Numbered from the stretch's first letter, positions 1 to 14,100 are shown. The stretch: 64,000 nucleotides of DNA from Hemiscyllium ocellatum (GCF_020745735.1 NC_083411.1:87778328-87842327), one strand, 5' to 3'. Notes: generated by a model not told the origin, from the letters alone. Program-made: numbers and translations.

Positions 1-130
1 TGGAATTTACTGGGTTTTGTTAAAACAGAAAATTGGGCAAATGATGAGTAAAGCTATCAACTGAGAAAAGGAACTGTTGCATTTGAATTTTGGACCTAAC
101 AAGATATTCAATTTCTCATAAAGTGGAGGA

Positions 131-240
131 CCGGTGTTGGACTGGGGTGTACAAAATTAAAAATCGCACAAAACCAGGTTATAGTCCACCAGGTTTATTT
201 GGAAGCACTAGCTTTCATAGCGCTGCTGCTTCATCAAGTC
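131..240 (-). mobile_element. Penelope-like 3' end fragment with degenerate hammerhead
   Basis: Reverse complement ac-TTGATGA-A-GCAGCAGCGCTAT-GAAA-GC-TA-GTG...aataaacctggtggactataacctgg; related copies at 37225-37280 and 41414-41620. Confidence 0.55.
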
Positions 241-2204
241 AATTTCTCAGGCGGTTCCTGGTGCTTTTCTGTTGTCCAGAAGAGGAGAGGGACTCAACTG
301 TCACAGCCTGAATGGCTAGTTAATGTTGTATGTACAATTACTCCCACGGACAATTTGAGGGCTTACTTTGATCGTCATCTTCCAACTTCTGTCAGATTTT
401 GTCTGACATGTCCTCATTTGGCTACTGGGCTTTGATTTCTTACAATATAGTAATTGCAGCTTGTGTATGTTTTATTCTATTACAGGATAAAATGGAACTC
501 CTACCTGGCTCTGCAGGAACCACAACATGACGCTTCCTAACTGTTGGATCAAAGATGTCAATCAGTTGCTCAGTAGCTAGTGTAGGATCTGTTTCATAAT
601 CTCTACAGCTACATCTGGTTACTGGGTCTCTGATGACATTATCAAACTACAAATATTGCTCATTAGGAATAAGAGAAACTTCACAACTGTACGATTGTTG
701 GGCAAACAGCAATGTCATCCTGTTCTAAGTTTTGTAAATGCATTTAACTGCAATTCTGGCATTCATAGTATAACAATACTGCCCAAACACCAGTTGGTTC
801 TGTTTATCCCATGCACACTATTATTGCAGGCTTTTGTTATCGTAAACAAACTACCAGATAATGTTACGGCATTAATGGGTCAAATTAATCAATGCAGACA
901 ATAAACCATAGATATGTAGAACTTTAATATAATGGAAAAGTAAGAATAAATTGAAAGGAGGAGATGCAGCATATGAAGACAGAATGAGAAATATTTCAGA
1001 AGTGTGAAGACAAGTGAATATATTTGGATCATTCAGTGTTATCTACTTCATGCTGAGGCATCATGACAGCCAATAATTTCACAGATATAGTTCATAAAAC
1101 ATATTCAGTTTGTCTTCTATCAGCTGAGGACCTTTCAAAATAAGTCAATACCAAGTATTATTCATAATAAAGGCACAAAAAACAGGACTGCAAATAGTTT
1201 GATGTTGGAATTACACCAGTAAGGTTGGAATGCAGATGATTGACTCAGTTCCGGCAGTGCTGTGCTGACCTCAGTAATGCAATGTGTTATTGATACAATA
1301 CAATTCAGCACTGACACCTCAGTAACACTGATGGTGTTTCTAATGCCACACAATCTTGCACTTAGGTCTCTAAACCCTTTCACATCACATCTGATGACAA
1401 GCTTTCTATTAACAAAAGTCGTGTATCACTTTAATTCTAAACAAAAATCGAAACCTACATAATTATCACTGTATTCTAACATCAATCTTTCTTTACTCTA
1501 CAACATTATTGTGTTGCTGTATTTCAGCACTAGGCTCTCTGACACCTACATATTCACTATGTCGCTGCAATATCGTACAGAGTTCTCTAATTGCTGCCCT
1601 TAATACATTATTGCAGTGCTGCACGTAGGTTAAAATGCCACACATCACATAATAAATGTTACTGTGGGCATAAATATCTTTGCCTTGTAAGCCCAGTAAT
1701 GGCCATTAGACCTCGGGAGTATTCCCTGGATAGACTTATCTGATTCCTCCCCAGTGCTTACTCCTGAGTTCTGATGGAATGACTCTCCATGTTGTTGGGT
1801 GGCCTACATTCTTGGGCTTATGATACTTGATATTATTCGATAGACACACCTGTATATACAAACAGTATAAGTTAAAACTCATGTGTTGTAAGATTTACCT
1901 AATAACAAAGTTATATTCTGGGCCACCACAGTATATATGCAAACAATCATTTTTTGCTAATAAAATCAGAATGTCCATGTGTAACGTGGTAGGAAAACAT
2001 TTCAGTGGTGAGGTGGAGGCAAAGTTTGTAAGGAAATATATTCAGAAGCATTTTAAAACTATATTCCTTAATAAATATTCTTAGAAACTGTATATGCTTG
2101 GTGATGTTCATCTCATTTGGAATAAATTTTGAAAATTCTTCACTTTCAGTGCAGTGTAAATTTCTTGTCTCTGTATCTGTCTATTAATCTCTGTTTCCCT
2201 ATAG

Positions 2205-2354
2205 TCTAGATTATAGTGGTGCTGGAAAAGCACAGCTGGTCAGGCAGCATCCGAGGAGCTTCCTGCTCCTCGGATGCTGCCTGACCTGCTGTGCTTTTCC
2301 AGCACCACTATAATCTAGACTCTGGTTTCCAGCATCTGCAGTCCTTGTTTTTAC
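2205..2354 (+). mobile_element. Short PLE-derived fold-back insertion
   Basis: 55-bp inverted arms 2205-2259 and 2265-2319 plus a 35-nt tail; perfect 16-bp TSD CTCTGTTTCCCTATAG at 2189-2204 and 2355-2370. Confidence 0.85.
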
Positions 2355-2960
2355 CTCTGTTTCCCTATAGCTCTTGCAGTTTTTGCTGGTGCAGGCACAA
2401 TGGAATTCATGGGCTCATTCTGGATCAGAAGACTTCTGAAGTTTTTTACTTGTGTTTGTTACCTGCAAAATTATAACATTGTTGGAAAATATGTAAAGAT
2501 TTATAAAATATATTTATTTCTGTGTGCACGTTCCTACAATGTTCAATGGTACTCCTGAGAGTTCCAATCCAGAGGTAAAGAGATGACAGAAACAAGCCAC
2601 CTCCCGAGCTTAATCTAATAACCAGAAACAGAAGATGATAGTGAGCTACTTTCTTGAACCACTGCAATGTGGTCCACCCATAATGTTGTTAAGAAGGGGG
2701 TTCTAGGATGTTGGTGCAGCAATAGTGAAGGAACATCAATATATTTCCAACTCAGGATGGTGATTGGTTTAGAGGTGATTTTGCTGGTGGTGGTTGTCCC
2801 AAGTATCTGTTGCCTTTTCCCTTCCAGATAGTAGTGCTCATGAGCATGGAAGCTATGCTTTAAGGAGTCTGAGAATTTTTGAACTCCATTTTGAAGATGA
2901 TACACACTGCTGCTTCTTTCTATCAGGGGTGAAGGGAGTGAATAGAACAAAGAACAATAC

Positions 2961-3140
2961 AGGAGAAAGTGAGGACTGCAGATGCTGGAGACCAGAGTTG
3001 AAAAGTGTGGTGCTGGAAAAGCGCAGCAGGCCAGGCAGCATCCGAGGAGCAGGAGAATCAATGTTTTGGGCATAAGCCCGAAACGTCGATTCTCTTGCTC
3101 CTCGGATGCTGCCTGGCCTGCTGCTCTTTCCCAGCACCAT
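2961..3140 (-). mobile_element. Short PLE-derived fold-back insertion
   Basis: Inverted arms with the axis in GGGC-ATAA-GCCC; TSD AAAGA(A/G)CAATAC at 2949-2960 and 3141-3152. Confidence 0.8.
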
Positions 3141-4925
3141 AAAGAGCAATACGGCACAGGAACAGGCCCTTTGACCGTCCAAGCTTGTGAAGACCCATTT
3201 TGCCCTTCTAAAACTGTCTTCAATTACAGGATCCCTTTATTCCCCTTCTAATCATATTTTCATCCAGATACTTCTTGAATGCTACTATTGTGTCTGCTTC
3301 CACCACCTCCTCTAGCAGCCCATTCCAGGCACTTGTCCTTGTATCATCTACAAACTTAATAATTAGACAAGCCATATTTTCTTCTAAATAATTTATGCAG
3401 ATCACAAACAGCAGAGGGCCCAACACTGATCCCTGTGGTTCACCACAACCCTCCTTTCCAAAAATAATCCTTCCGCTGCTACTCTCTGTCTCCTATGACT
3501 AAGCGAGTTCTGTATCCATCTTGCCAGCTCTCCTTGATATCATGTGACTTCAACTTTTGTACCAGTCTGCCATGACGGGCCTTGTCAAAAGCTTTAACAT
3601 CAACCATCTTTCCCCCATCAATCATCTTCGTCACCTCCTCAAAAATCTCAAATCAATTAGTGAGGCACGACCTCCCCCTCACAACTGTCTATAGCTAATA
3701 AGTCCATTTGCTTCTAAACGTAGATAGATTTTGTCCCTGACAATCTTTTCCAATAATTTCCCTACCTCCAATGTGAAGCTTACAGGCCTGTAATTTCCTG
3801 GATTATCCCTGCTACCCTTCTTAAACAATGTGACAACATTGGCTATTCTGCAGTTCTCTGGACCTCATCTGTGGCCAAATAGGATACAAAGATATCTATC
3901 TATGTTCCAATGATTTGCTCTCTTGCCTCCCTCAATATTCTGGAATAGATTCCATCAGGCCCCAGGGACTTATTTACCTTAATAATTTTTAGGACACACA
4001 ACATCTCTCCATTTTTTAATAGCAGCTTGGCTGAGAAATTTGATACTCCATTCCCTGAGAACATCCTCCACCAATTCCTTCTCTTTGGTGAACACTGACA
4101 CAAAGTATTTGTTTAGGACCTTAACTACCTCTTCTGTTTCTACATATAGATTCCATTCTTTGTCCTTGAGTGGGCCAACCCTTTCACTTTCTGCCCTCTT
4201 GCTTTTTATATATGAATATAAAGTTTTGGGATTCTCCTTAATTCTGTTTGCTAATGAGTGTTCATGACATCTTTCAGCCCTTCTAATTCCTTGTTTAAGT
4301 CCTTTCCTATTTCCCTTATATATTTCAAGGGCATCATCATTTCCCATCATCCTAGATATTACCTATGCTTCCTTTTTCTTTTTGACCAAGGTCAATATCG
4401 GAAAAGATTCACAGGGACACGATTTGTATGCATTTAGTAGCAAATGGACTTCTTAGCTATAGTCAGGATGGTTTTGTGAGGGGGAGGTTGTGCCTCACTA
4501 ACGTAATTGAGTTTTTTGAGGAGTTGATGAAGATGATTGATGGGGAAAATGGTTGATGTTAAGGCTTTTGACAAGGCCCGTCATGGCAGACTGGTATAAA
4601 AGTGAAGTCACATGGAATCAGGGAGAGCTGGCAAGATGGATACAGAACTAGCTTAGTCATAGGATACAGAAGGTAGTGGCAGAAGGATTATTTTTGGAAA
4701 GGAGGGTTGTGACATGCCTGGCCATCCAAAATTCATGTAACTTCCCAAATCTATTCTTCACTCTCGATGGAATGTGCTGCTTCTGAACTCTTATCAAATG
4801 CCATTTGAAATACTCCCACGTCTGATGTGGATTTACTCTCAAACAGCTGCCTCCAAACAAAATTCACCAGTTACTGCCTAACATTGTTGTGTTCGCCTTC
4901 TCCAGTGTAGTACCTTCACCAGAGT
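3141..4925 (-). mobile_element. Decayed CR1 LINE containing an inverted internal segment (4395-4712)
   Basis: ORF-track peptides [37 protein letters not shown] and KSLGPDGIYSRILRE. Confidence 0.85.
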
Positions 4926-7145
4926 ACTGTCATTGAGTATATATTTCTTTGTTTGTGTCAAAATGCTGCACATGCTGTTATTAACAACAACAAGGCTACA
5001 TAGAATTTTCCTGGCTGCTGTGTATTGACTGTGATATAAGGAGTACTGAAATTGATGTTCACATATGAAGGCTCATAATTTGAGTATAGCCAGTTAATCT
5101 GTTTTGATTAGCATGTCGATTCAGGAAAAAGTATTTACCAGCTAGAGAGTAAATGACACGTTGTCAAGATTTCTTATCTAAGAACTAGGACAACTGAAGT
5201 GTTAGGGAGGGAGTTACAGGACTTTGACCCAGCATCACAGAGGCTGAAGCATTTCATAAAGACCACCATCTTCTCAAGAATAATTAGCAATGGGCTAGAA
5301 AAGATAAAACAAACACAGAAAATACCAGATAAAATCAACAGACCTGTCAGCAATTGTGAAGAGAGAAGTAGAGTTAACATTATAAGCCTGGTATGACTGT
5401 TCTTCAGAACTGAGGGCAGAACCTTTGTTTAAGCATTCACAGTATTTCGCTTTTGTTTGACTATACATGATGTACCTTGCCACTAATACCCACATTCCCA
5501 AAATGAAAAAGGGTAGTGGAAAATGCTGCATCATCATCATTCTATGTCCATCCCAATTTAACCAACACTCATTGACACTAAATTTGGTCAATCTTTTTGA
5601 AGACAATCACTTCAATATCACATTGTTCTGAAGAAAGGTCACTGAACCTGAAATGAGAACTCTGTTTTCTCTACACAGATGCTGGCCTGCTGAATTGTTC
5701 TAGCAATTTCTCATTTTGTTCCCGATTTCCAACATCTGCAGTTTTTGGGGTTTTTTTATACTTCAGTGTCACTTCTGGAATTTGGTTCTTTCAGCTATTT
5801 GTGAACCAGAGCTGTAAAGCTCTCTTGAGCTGAATGGTCCAGCATCTGTTAAGTAGTTTTTGATGAATAAGTACATCTTGGCACTTTCATTGATGACACA
5901 TCCCATCACTTTGATCATGACTGAACATAGATTGATGAGGTGTTAATTGGTCAGACTAGACATGCTACATTTTTGTATAGGCAGAGCATTCCTGGGCAGT
6001 TTTTGACTTTGGTATATTCCATGCTTGCAAGTATATTAGAGCAACTTGGCTAGAAGCACAATTGAATCTGGAGCACAAGTCTGTATGTTGTCAGTACTCA
6101 CAACCTTTGTTTTATGTAGCCATTTCTTGATATCACATGGAAAGGATATACTCATCTGAATTCTAGTATCTGTGATGCTGGGTACCTGAAGAGATGGCTT
6201 TTCTGGGCCATTTACTTTAAATGTATAGTTGAAGATGGTTGCAAACATTCCAACCTTGTCTTTTTCGTTGAATGCTGGACTGTGCGATCATAATGGTTGT
6301 AGCGGTTGTGGACACTTCCTAATTGTTCACCATCATTGATGACTGCAAGTGGCAATACTGTAGGACTTGGATCTGAACAGTTGGATATGGAATCATTTAG
6401 TCCTATTTTTTAGCATATTGCTTCTGCTGTGTTGTAAGGTTCTAACTTCAGCAGGTTGGCACCTTTTTTTGAAATGTATGGTATGCTGTTGAGCAGACTT
6501 TCTTCATCAAAAATTTGTTCCCTGGCTTAATGCTTATGGCAAAAATTAGGGATATGGCATGTATGAAAGATTGTGGTAAATATAAATCTCTGCTTCTTTT
6601 GGTCCTAATGCTTTTAGATCTGTTCTGAAACCATCTCATTTAGCATGGTGGTCATTCTATATAATTTTATGGCATTTGTCCTCGAAATGAAGAATATTTT
6701 GTCTTTAAGACCAGCTAATAATATACAACTCAATACTTACTGAAGATGGTCAATTGGCTTTTTTCTCTTTTATTGGTCCCACCACCACCTGCTGCAGACT
6801 GAGCTGATTTAATTAGTATTGGTTCTACTGAGCCATTTTGAACATTAACATTAAATGCTTCCTCTCCATTATAATGTTTATAATGTTGGAACACTACAGA
6901 AAGGTCCATTTTGTTTCTTTTTTTGTACTTGAGGGGGTCTTGAATACATTAGGTGGTAGTTGCTAAATGCAGATGATGATGTTTTTGTTCTAATCAAACC
7001 GTTCAAAGATGTTATTGCACACCTCCAAAGCAGTTGGGGGACTTGAGCCTGGTCCTCTCAGTTCAGGGGGTGGGACACTACCACTGTGCCACAAAGAAAC
7101 TGATCATTTTTGATAAGATACATAGTTAGAGTGGCAGACAGAGAC

Positions 7146-7457
7146 TTAGATTAGATTACTTACAGTGTGGAAACAGGCCCTTTGGCCCAACAAGTCCACA
7201 CCGACCCGCCGAAGCGCAACCCACCCATACCCCTACATTTACCCCTTACCTAACACTATGGGCAATTTAGCATGGCCAATTCACCTGACCCGCACATCTT
7301 TGGACTGTGGGAGGAAACCGGAGCACCCGGAGGAAACCCACGCAGACACGGGGAGAACGTGCAAACTCCACACAGTCAGTCGCCTGAGTCGGGAATTGAA
7401 CCCGGGTCTCTGGTGCTGTGAGTCAGCAGTGCTAACCACTGTGCCACCGTGCCGCCC
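7146..7457 (-). mobile_element. HE1-like (V-SINE) tRNA-derived SINE
   Basis: tRNA A/B-box head GGGCGGCACGGTGGCACAGTGGTTAGCAC...GGTTCAATTCCC; V-domain TGTGGAGTTTGCACGTTCTCCCCGTGTC; (TAATC)n tail. Confidence 0.85.
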
Positions 7458-7759
7458 AATCATCAGATTGGTTGAGTGCTGTCTATTTCCAAAATGAGAT
7501 CAGCTATATAGCAAAAAATAACAATTTACAGTCAAAGGGAGAGTGGATACATTGGACACATCCTTTAAGTTAGAACAGTTACTGTGGACTTGCTTCTTTT
7601 CTGGACAATAAACTAATTTCTTAGAACACATGGCATGGAAAATGACCGTTCAGCTTTAGTGCTGTCAAAATTTTAGTTATGTGTTTACTAGCACATCATT
7701 ACCTGATAAATCCCACTATATTAATGTATATCACGAACGATGTAGAACTACCATCAGAT

Positions 7760-8170
7760 CCTAATTTGCATCAATAAAATTGTATATCTTCCAGTACAGA
7801 ATTCATTAACAAAACAGACTTACAAATTATATTATTCTTTAATCAAAATACACCACAAATAACAATATACAAACAATGCCATCTGTCACCCTGCTGTAGG
7901 TTGCAGACTGGACTCAGCACTTGAATGATTGACAGCAGGCCGGGCACGTGCACCCAGTTACATCACTTCCGCTGGCTTGAAGGGATTGTTTCCGGGTGAG
8001 AGGGCAGAGCAGGATGGAGGAGGCGAAAGGTGAGTTAGTGTGCTGGGAATTAGTGTTTGTTAGGTGGGCAGTTTGGGTGAGAGCCTGGGGAGAAGAGTTA
8101 GGCAGCGGCAGCGGTGGGTAAAGACCGAGCGGAAGGAGGGTGGGAGTGAAGTCAGCGTTAACATGGGGCG
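7760..8170 (+). promoter_or_regulatory. FUNDC2 promoter and first-exon GC-rich region
   Basis: Local CpG enrichment; CACGTG at 7945-7950, GTTACATCA at 7957-7965, CACTTCCG at 7964-7971 and TTTGCATCA at 7765-7773, upstream of the ATG at 8014. Confidence 0.6.
8014..8029 (+). CDS. FUNDC2: FUNDC2 coding exon 1
   Basis: aggATGGAGGAGGCGAAAG|gtgagt in a GC-rich promoter region; phase 1 joins in frame to exon 2. Confidence 0.75.
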
Positions 8171-11100
8171 GGAGGGCCCACTACAGTGTTAATCGCTGAG
8201 TGATGTCGTTTATTAATAGATGAAAACTGTACAGTCATGTCAGTATCCGTTATAATGTTTGATATCTTGTAATAATGTCAGTGTACATCAGTGTTTGACA
8301 TATAAGTATCAGTGATTTACATTAATATTAAAAGGCTGTGCAATAAAGTCTAAATTAGGGTCTGCTGCTGTAATTATGTCAATGATGTACATTATTACTA
8401 AAGACTAGAGTAATGTTAATGTACATTAATGTTTACTGTACTATAATTATGCCATTATCCTTTATTAATATAAAACACTACAGTAATGTATGTTATAGTG
8501 CATGATATACTGTAATCAGATCAGTAATCTTCTTCATTAATTTATAAAGGTTGTCTCAATTTCACTATTTTGCATGATATACTGCAATGGTATCAGTAAG
8601 GTTCTTTGATATTAAGTAAAGACTATACAGCAGACACTTTGCAGGTGAATTACAATGCAGAGAAATGTGAGGTGGAAGAAACATGGGGAAACAATACAGG
8701 CTCAATATACAATTTTGAGGGGACCTCAGAGTTCATGTGCATAATTTTTGGTGACCAGGCAAGTTGAAACAATTGTTAAGAAAACTTGCAGGATCCTTAG
8801 ATTTATAAGTAGAGATGTAGAATATCAGAGCAAGAAAATTATGCTACACTTGTGTAAATCATTGGTCAGACCACATTTGGAATATTGTGATCAGTTTGGG
8901 CACCTTATTTAAGGAAGGATGATAAAGCCCTGGTGAGTAAAGGAAATTTACTGAAATGATACCAGGAATGAAGGATTTTAGAGAAAATTATGATGTGACC
9001 TTATTAAGGTGTTCCAAATTATGAACAATTTTGACAGGATGAAGAAATTATTCTGTTTCCACCAGTTGGTATGTCAATAATTAGGTTTTGAGTGAAAGTG
9101 AGGACTGCAGATGCTGGAGATTAGGGTCGAGAGTGTGGATCTGGAAAAACACAGCAGGTCAGGCAGCATCCAAGGACCAGGATAATACTTAGGGGTAGTA
9201 ATTTCAGGATTGACAGCAAGAGAGCTAAAAATAAGATGTAAACCTCTTTACACAGAGTTGTTCGGATTTGGACTGTGCCGCCTGCAAGAATGGTGGAGGT
9301 GTAATCCATTGGATGTTTCACTTTTGAAAGTGTTGAATGTAGAGACCCATAGAAACAGGGCTGAAGAATGGGACAAGCTGGGTAGCTCTTTTGGGAACTG
9401 GTCCAGACACAATGAATTGAGTAGCCTCCTCTACTGTAAATTTCTATGATTTATAATATCTGATATACTGGTCAGTGGTGTGCATTAATATATGAAGACT
9501 ATACAGTAATGTCAGTGTACATTAATTCTCTATGCTGCAAAAGTGTCAGTGATGTGCATTAATGTATAAAGATGGTTCAATAATATCCATGTATGTTACA
9601 GTGACCATAGTACAGTAATAGTGTACATTAGTAGTATATCAGAGGATGGTTGTGATTATTGGAGGTCACCTGTCTCAGCTCAAGGATATAAGCAGGAGTT
9701 TCTCAAGATAGCAGCTTTGGCTCAAACACCTTCAGCTGCTTCATTAGTACCTTTCCTCATTCTAAGATCAGAAGTGAGGATGTTCACTGATGATTTCATG
9801 TGGTGCTCAATGCCCCTTGTGACTCTTCAGATACTGAAGCAGTTCAGAATGACTTGGATGATATGCTGTTTTGGGCTGATAAGTGCCAAGCAACATTCCC
9901 ACCAGAAATGGGTCAGCCATTCATCATCTCTAAAAAGACAGTATCTAAACATAGCAGCTTGATGTCTAATGGCGTTACCATTGCTGGATACCCCACATTA
10001 ATATCCTGTGAGTTACCACTGAAACTGAATTAGATAGTCGTATAAATACTGTGGCTACAAGGACAGGTCAGAAGTTAGGAACTCTATCGTGAGTAACTTG
10101 CCTCTTGACTGCCTGATGCCTGATCACCTTCTCCCAGGCAAATGTCAAGAGTATGATGGAATGCTGTCTACGTGCCTGGATATGTGCAGCTCTGGCCACA
10201 CTTGAGAAGCTTGACACTGCCCAAGACAAAGTAGATGATTCTATTCGCATCCCATCGATCATCTTCGACATTCACTTGTTTCACCACTGATGGACAGTGA
10301 CAGCCATAACTTGCTGAGCTCTGCTTTGACCATCCAGCTTTATGTTAATGGTAGAGTGGGATTATGTGCATTTTTGTAACAGTGTCCCATCAGGGCCTAT
10401 CTTTACCATTTTTGTTACCATTACCTTCCATTTAAAAAGTGGAGAAGTAGCTTTACTTTAAGTTTTAAAAGAGTAAAGTGGAGGATATGCCAGACAACAA
10501 AGTTACAAATTGTGGTTAAATACAGTTCTGTTGGTGGCCCATAACAGCTCGTGGATGCTCAGTTTTGAGTTACTGGATCTGTTTAAACTTTATTCCATTT
10601 TACATGGGTTGTAGTCCCATACAATATCATAGAGAATATTGTCAATATGAGGCCAAGACTATATGATGGTTACTCTTCCTGATACTGTCATGGACAGGTG
10701 CATCTGTTATAGGCAGATTGATGAAGACCAGGTCCCACCTTCCACCTGTAATTTGCCACTGAACCGATCTGGCAGTTATACTCTTTAGGACTTGTCCCAT
10801 TCACTCAGCTGGTGCAACTGAGCCACCTTTGGTGATGGATGTTTACAGTCCCCATTCAAGTACGTGATCTGGTAACACTGTGGCGACTTTACTTTTACCT
10901 TTACTTCTTTCAAGTGATGTTCAATGTCGAGAGTACTGCTTTATCAGATGAGGAAGAGTGGTAAGTTGTAACCAACATGAAATTTCCTTTCCCCTATTTG
11001 AGTTGATGTCTAGAGACTTCATGGGATCTGGAGTCAATGTTGAGGACTCCTAGGGCAGCTCTTTCTGACTCCAAAACCATTCTGTTGCCACCTCTGGTGT

Positions 11101-14100
11101 ATCTATCTTGGTAGTGGGACAGGATGTGCCCAAGGATAGTGATGGTGGTCATGGACTTGTCGGTAAGGTATGATTCCGTGAGTGTGGTGATGCCTTACTG
11201 TTGCTTGACTAGCCTGTGAGATAGCTCTCCCCGTTTTGGCACAAGCACCCAGGTTTTGGTTAGGAGGACTTTGCAGTGTTGATGTTGTCATTCTTTCTGC
11301 CTAGGTGATGCCAGGTTGTCCATCTGTTTTCATTCCTTTTGAGAGTTTGCACCTGTTTGATAAAATGGAATAGCTTGTGAGGCCATTTCTGAGGTCATTT
11401 AAAAGTCAACTACGTTGTTGAGAGCCCAGAGTCACACACAGTCTGTCTTCTTACTGTCAGACTCTTCGGTCAACTCATCCATGCCAACAAAGTTTCCCAA
11501 ACTAAACTCGTCCTACTTGCCTGTATTTGGCCTATATCCCTCAAAATCTTTCCTATTCATGTGCCTGTTGAAATATTTCTTAAATGTTGTAACTACCTGC
11601 ATCTACTACTACCTCTGGTGGTTTATTCCACGCACAAACCACCCTCTGAAAATATTGCCTCTTGGGTCCCTTTTAAATCTTTCTCTCGCCTTGCATATGC
11701 CCCCAAGATTTTATAATCTTTTATAAGGTCACCTTCTCAACGTCATAAGCTCCAGTGAAAAAAATACCAGCCTAACCCTACAGTCCTGGCAACGTCCTAG
11801 TAAATCTTTTCTGAACTGTTTGCAATTTAATAATATCCTTGCAGAGCAGTATGTCCAGAACTGTACACAGTACTCCAAATGTGGCCTCACCAATGCCCTG
11901 TAAAATCTCAACATGAAGTCCCAACTCCAAGACTGAATGGTTTGAGCAATGAAGGCAAGTGTGCTAAATGCTTCATAATCACCCTGTCCACCTATGACAC
12001 AACTTTCAAAGAATTATGTACCCGAACTCCTACGTCTGTACACCACCCAGGCCCCTACTGTTAACTGTATAAGTTCTGCCCTCCTTTGTTTTACCAAAAC
12101 GCACTACCTTATTCAAATTAAAATCTATCTGCCAATTCTCGCCTCGTTGACCCACTCAATCAAGATCCCTTTGTAATCGTAAATAACCTTCTTCATATAG
12201 TCTATTTTGATGTCATCCACTAACTTACTAACCATGCCTCCTAAATCCTCATCCAAATAGTTTATATCAGTTGCAAACAAAAGTGGACCCAGCATCGATC
12301 CCTGCGGAACTTCGCTGGTCACAGGCCTTCAGTCCAAAAACAACCCTCTACCACCATCCTCTGTCTCCTATCGTAAAGCCAATTTTGTATCCAGTTGGTA
12401 AGCTCTCCCTGAATCGTATGACATTTAACTTTATTCATTAGCCTACCATGTGAAACCTTGTCAAAGGCTTTACTAAAGTCCATGTAAACAACATCTACTA
12501 CTCTGCCCTCATCAAACTTGTTGGTTATATCCTCAAAAAACTCCATCAAAAACTTATTCCCCTCCCTTTTTGAATAAGCCTGACAACTCTAAGTCACTGA
12601 GTCTAGCATCAGTGATGGAGAAGTTTTTCAGGCCAACCATCTGGGACAATCTGAATTGTCCCTTAGAAACATATGGGTTGATAAATGACAACCAGCATAA
12701 TTTGTAAAGGTAATTGAGGTTTGATTACCTTATCAAAGCATTGTGGATGATAGAATGATATTGCAGAAAAGGAGGTCATTTGACCTATAGCGCCTGTGCC
12801 AAAATTAGTTCCATTCACTTATTCTTTTCTCATTGTCCAGTATTTGTTTTTTCTCATTTGTTGCCATTGAATCCACTTCTGTTACCCTTTAGAGTGGCAC
12901 ATCCTTGATCCTAAATAACTCAGTACATTATAAGAACTCTACTTCATCGCTGATTGTCGTCAGTAACCTCAAATCTTTCTCTCCTTGTAGGCGAGCCCAT
13001 GTAAGGAGAACAGATTTCCTTTCCTAAAGACTGATATTATTTATTGACTTCATCGTAAATGTATTGGTCATTAGTGAACAAGCTATGAATCAGCTATGTT
13101 TTTATGTTGACAATCAACAGTGGTTGCATGCTGTTTGTTAGGCGATGTTTTAAGTTCGGATTTTTGTATTGAATTCTAATTTCACCACCTATCATGGTGG
13201 GTATTGAACCCTAATGCCCAGAACATTAACTTAGGGTTCTGGGTTACTACACCACTACCACCTGATACAACTGACATTGTTATAGTATTTACATTCATAA
13301 TATTTAAATATGAGATGGTTATCATTATTATGTATCATGTGTTCTACTAGTGTCGATGGTGCAGGTTATTAATCAGAGATCTTGGTATACAATAATGGCA
13401 CCTGAACTCCATTGGACAACAGTGTTTAATCGTTAAGTATATCGTTTGGATGATACATTAAAGCCAGGCCTAGTCAGTGCTCTCAGGTGGATGTCCAAGG
13501 TCCCATAGCATTATTTTGAATAAGTGCGGGACAGTCATCCCACTGTTCTGGCCAATCAACTAACTTCATGAAAATAGCTTAACTGGTCATTTCCTTATTG
13601 TTATTATGGAAGATTGCTTGCTATATATGTTTCTGCATTTCTTATATTACAACAGTAACTGCATTATGATGTACTTTGGAATGTCCTGAGATTGTCGGTC
13701 TCTTTGCTTCCATCTTTCCCTCTTTCCCTCCTTCTGTTTTGATCCCTTAAATGATGTTTACCATTCAGTTCATAGAAGAATTGTTCTTTGGTCAGAAAAT
13801 GTATCGCTATTGAAATAACATAAACCAACCGTTGGAAAAGCCTACATTGTAATTTTACTATGTGTAGTCTCTATGCCGCATAACCACTCCTATAGGCATA
13901 ATGTTGGTTATATTCAGCCAGTTTATGACAATACAGCCCTGTATTACAGAGTGTAGCCATTTTTAGACCCAATGCATTGACTGCGTGACTTTTGATTCTT
14001 CCCAGAAGTGTATGATCTGTTGTGTATATCCAGCTTGCTTTTCATTTTCTTGTTTCAAGTATCTTTACTCCCTTGCGTTCTGCCAATATTCTTGATTGGG

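Noticed and set aside
2615-3251. Overlapping 89-202 aa ORFs
   Set aside because: They run through a PLE hairpin and CR1 tail; there is no coherent protein
7380-7457. tRNA gene
   Set aside because: This is the tRNA-derived head of an HE1 SINE and continues into the V-domain and tail
1-8000. F8 exon 1, expected from human synteny
   Set aside because: No signal peptide plus RRYYLGAVE-like exon was recognised
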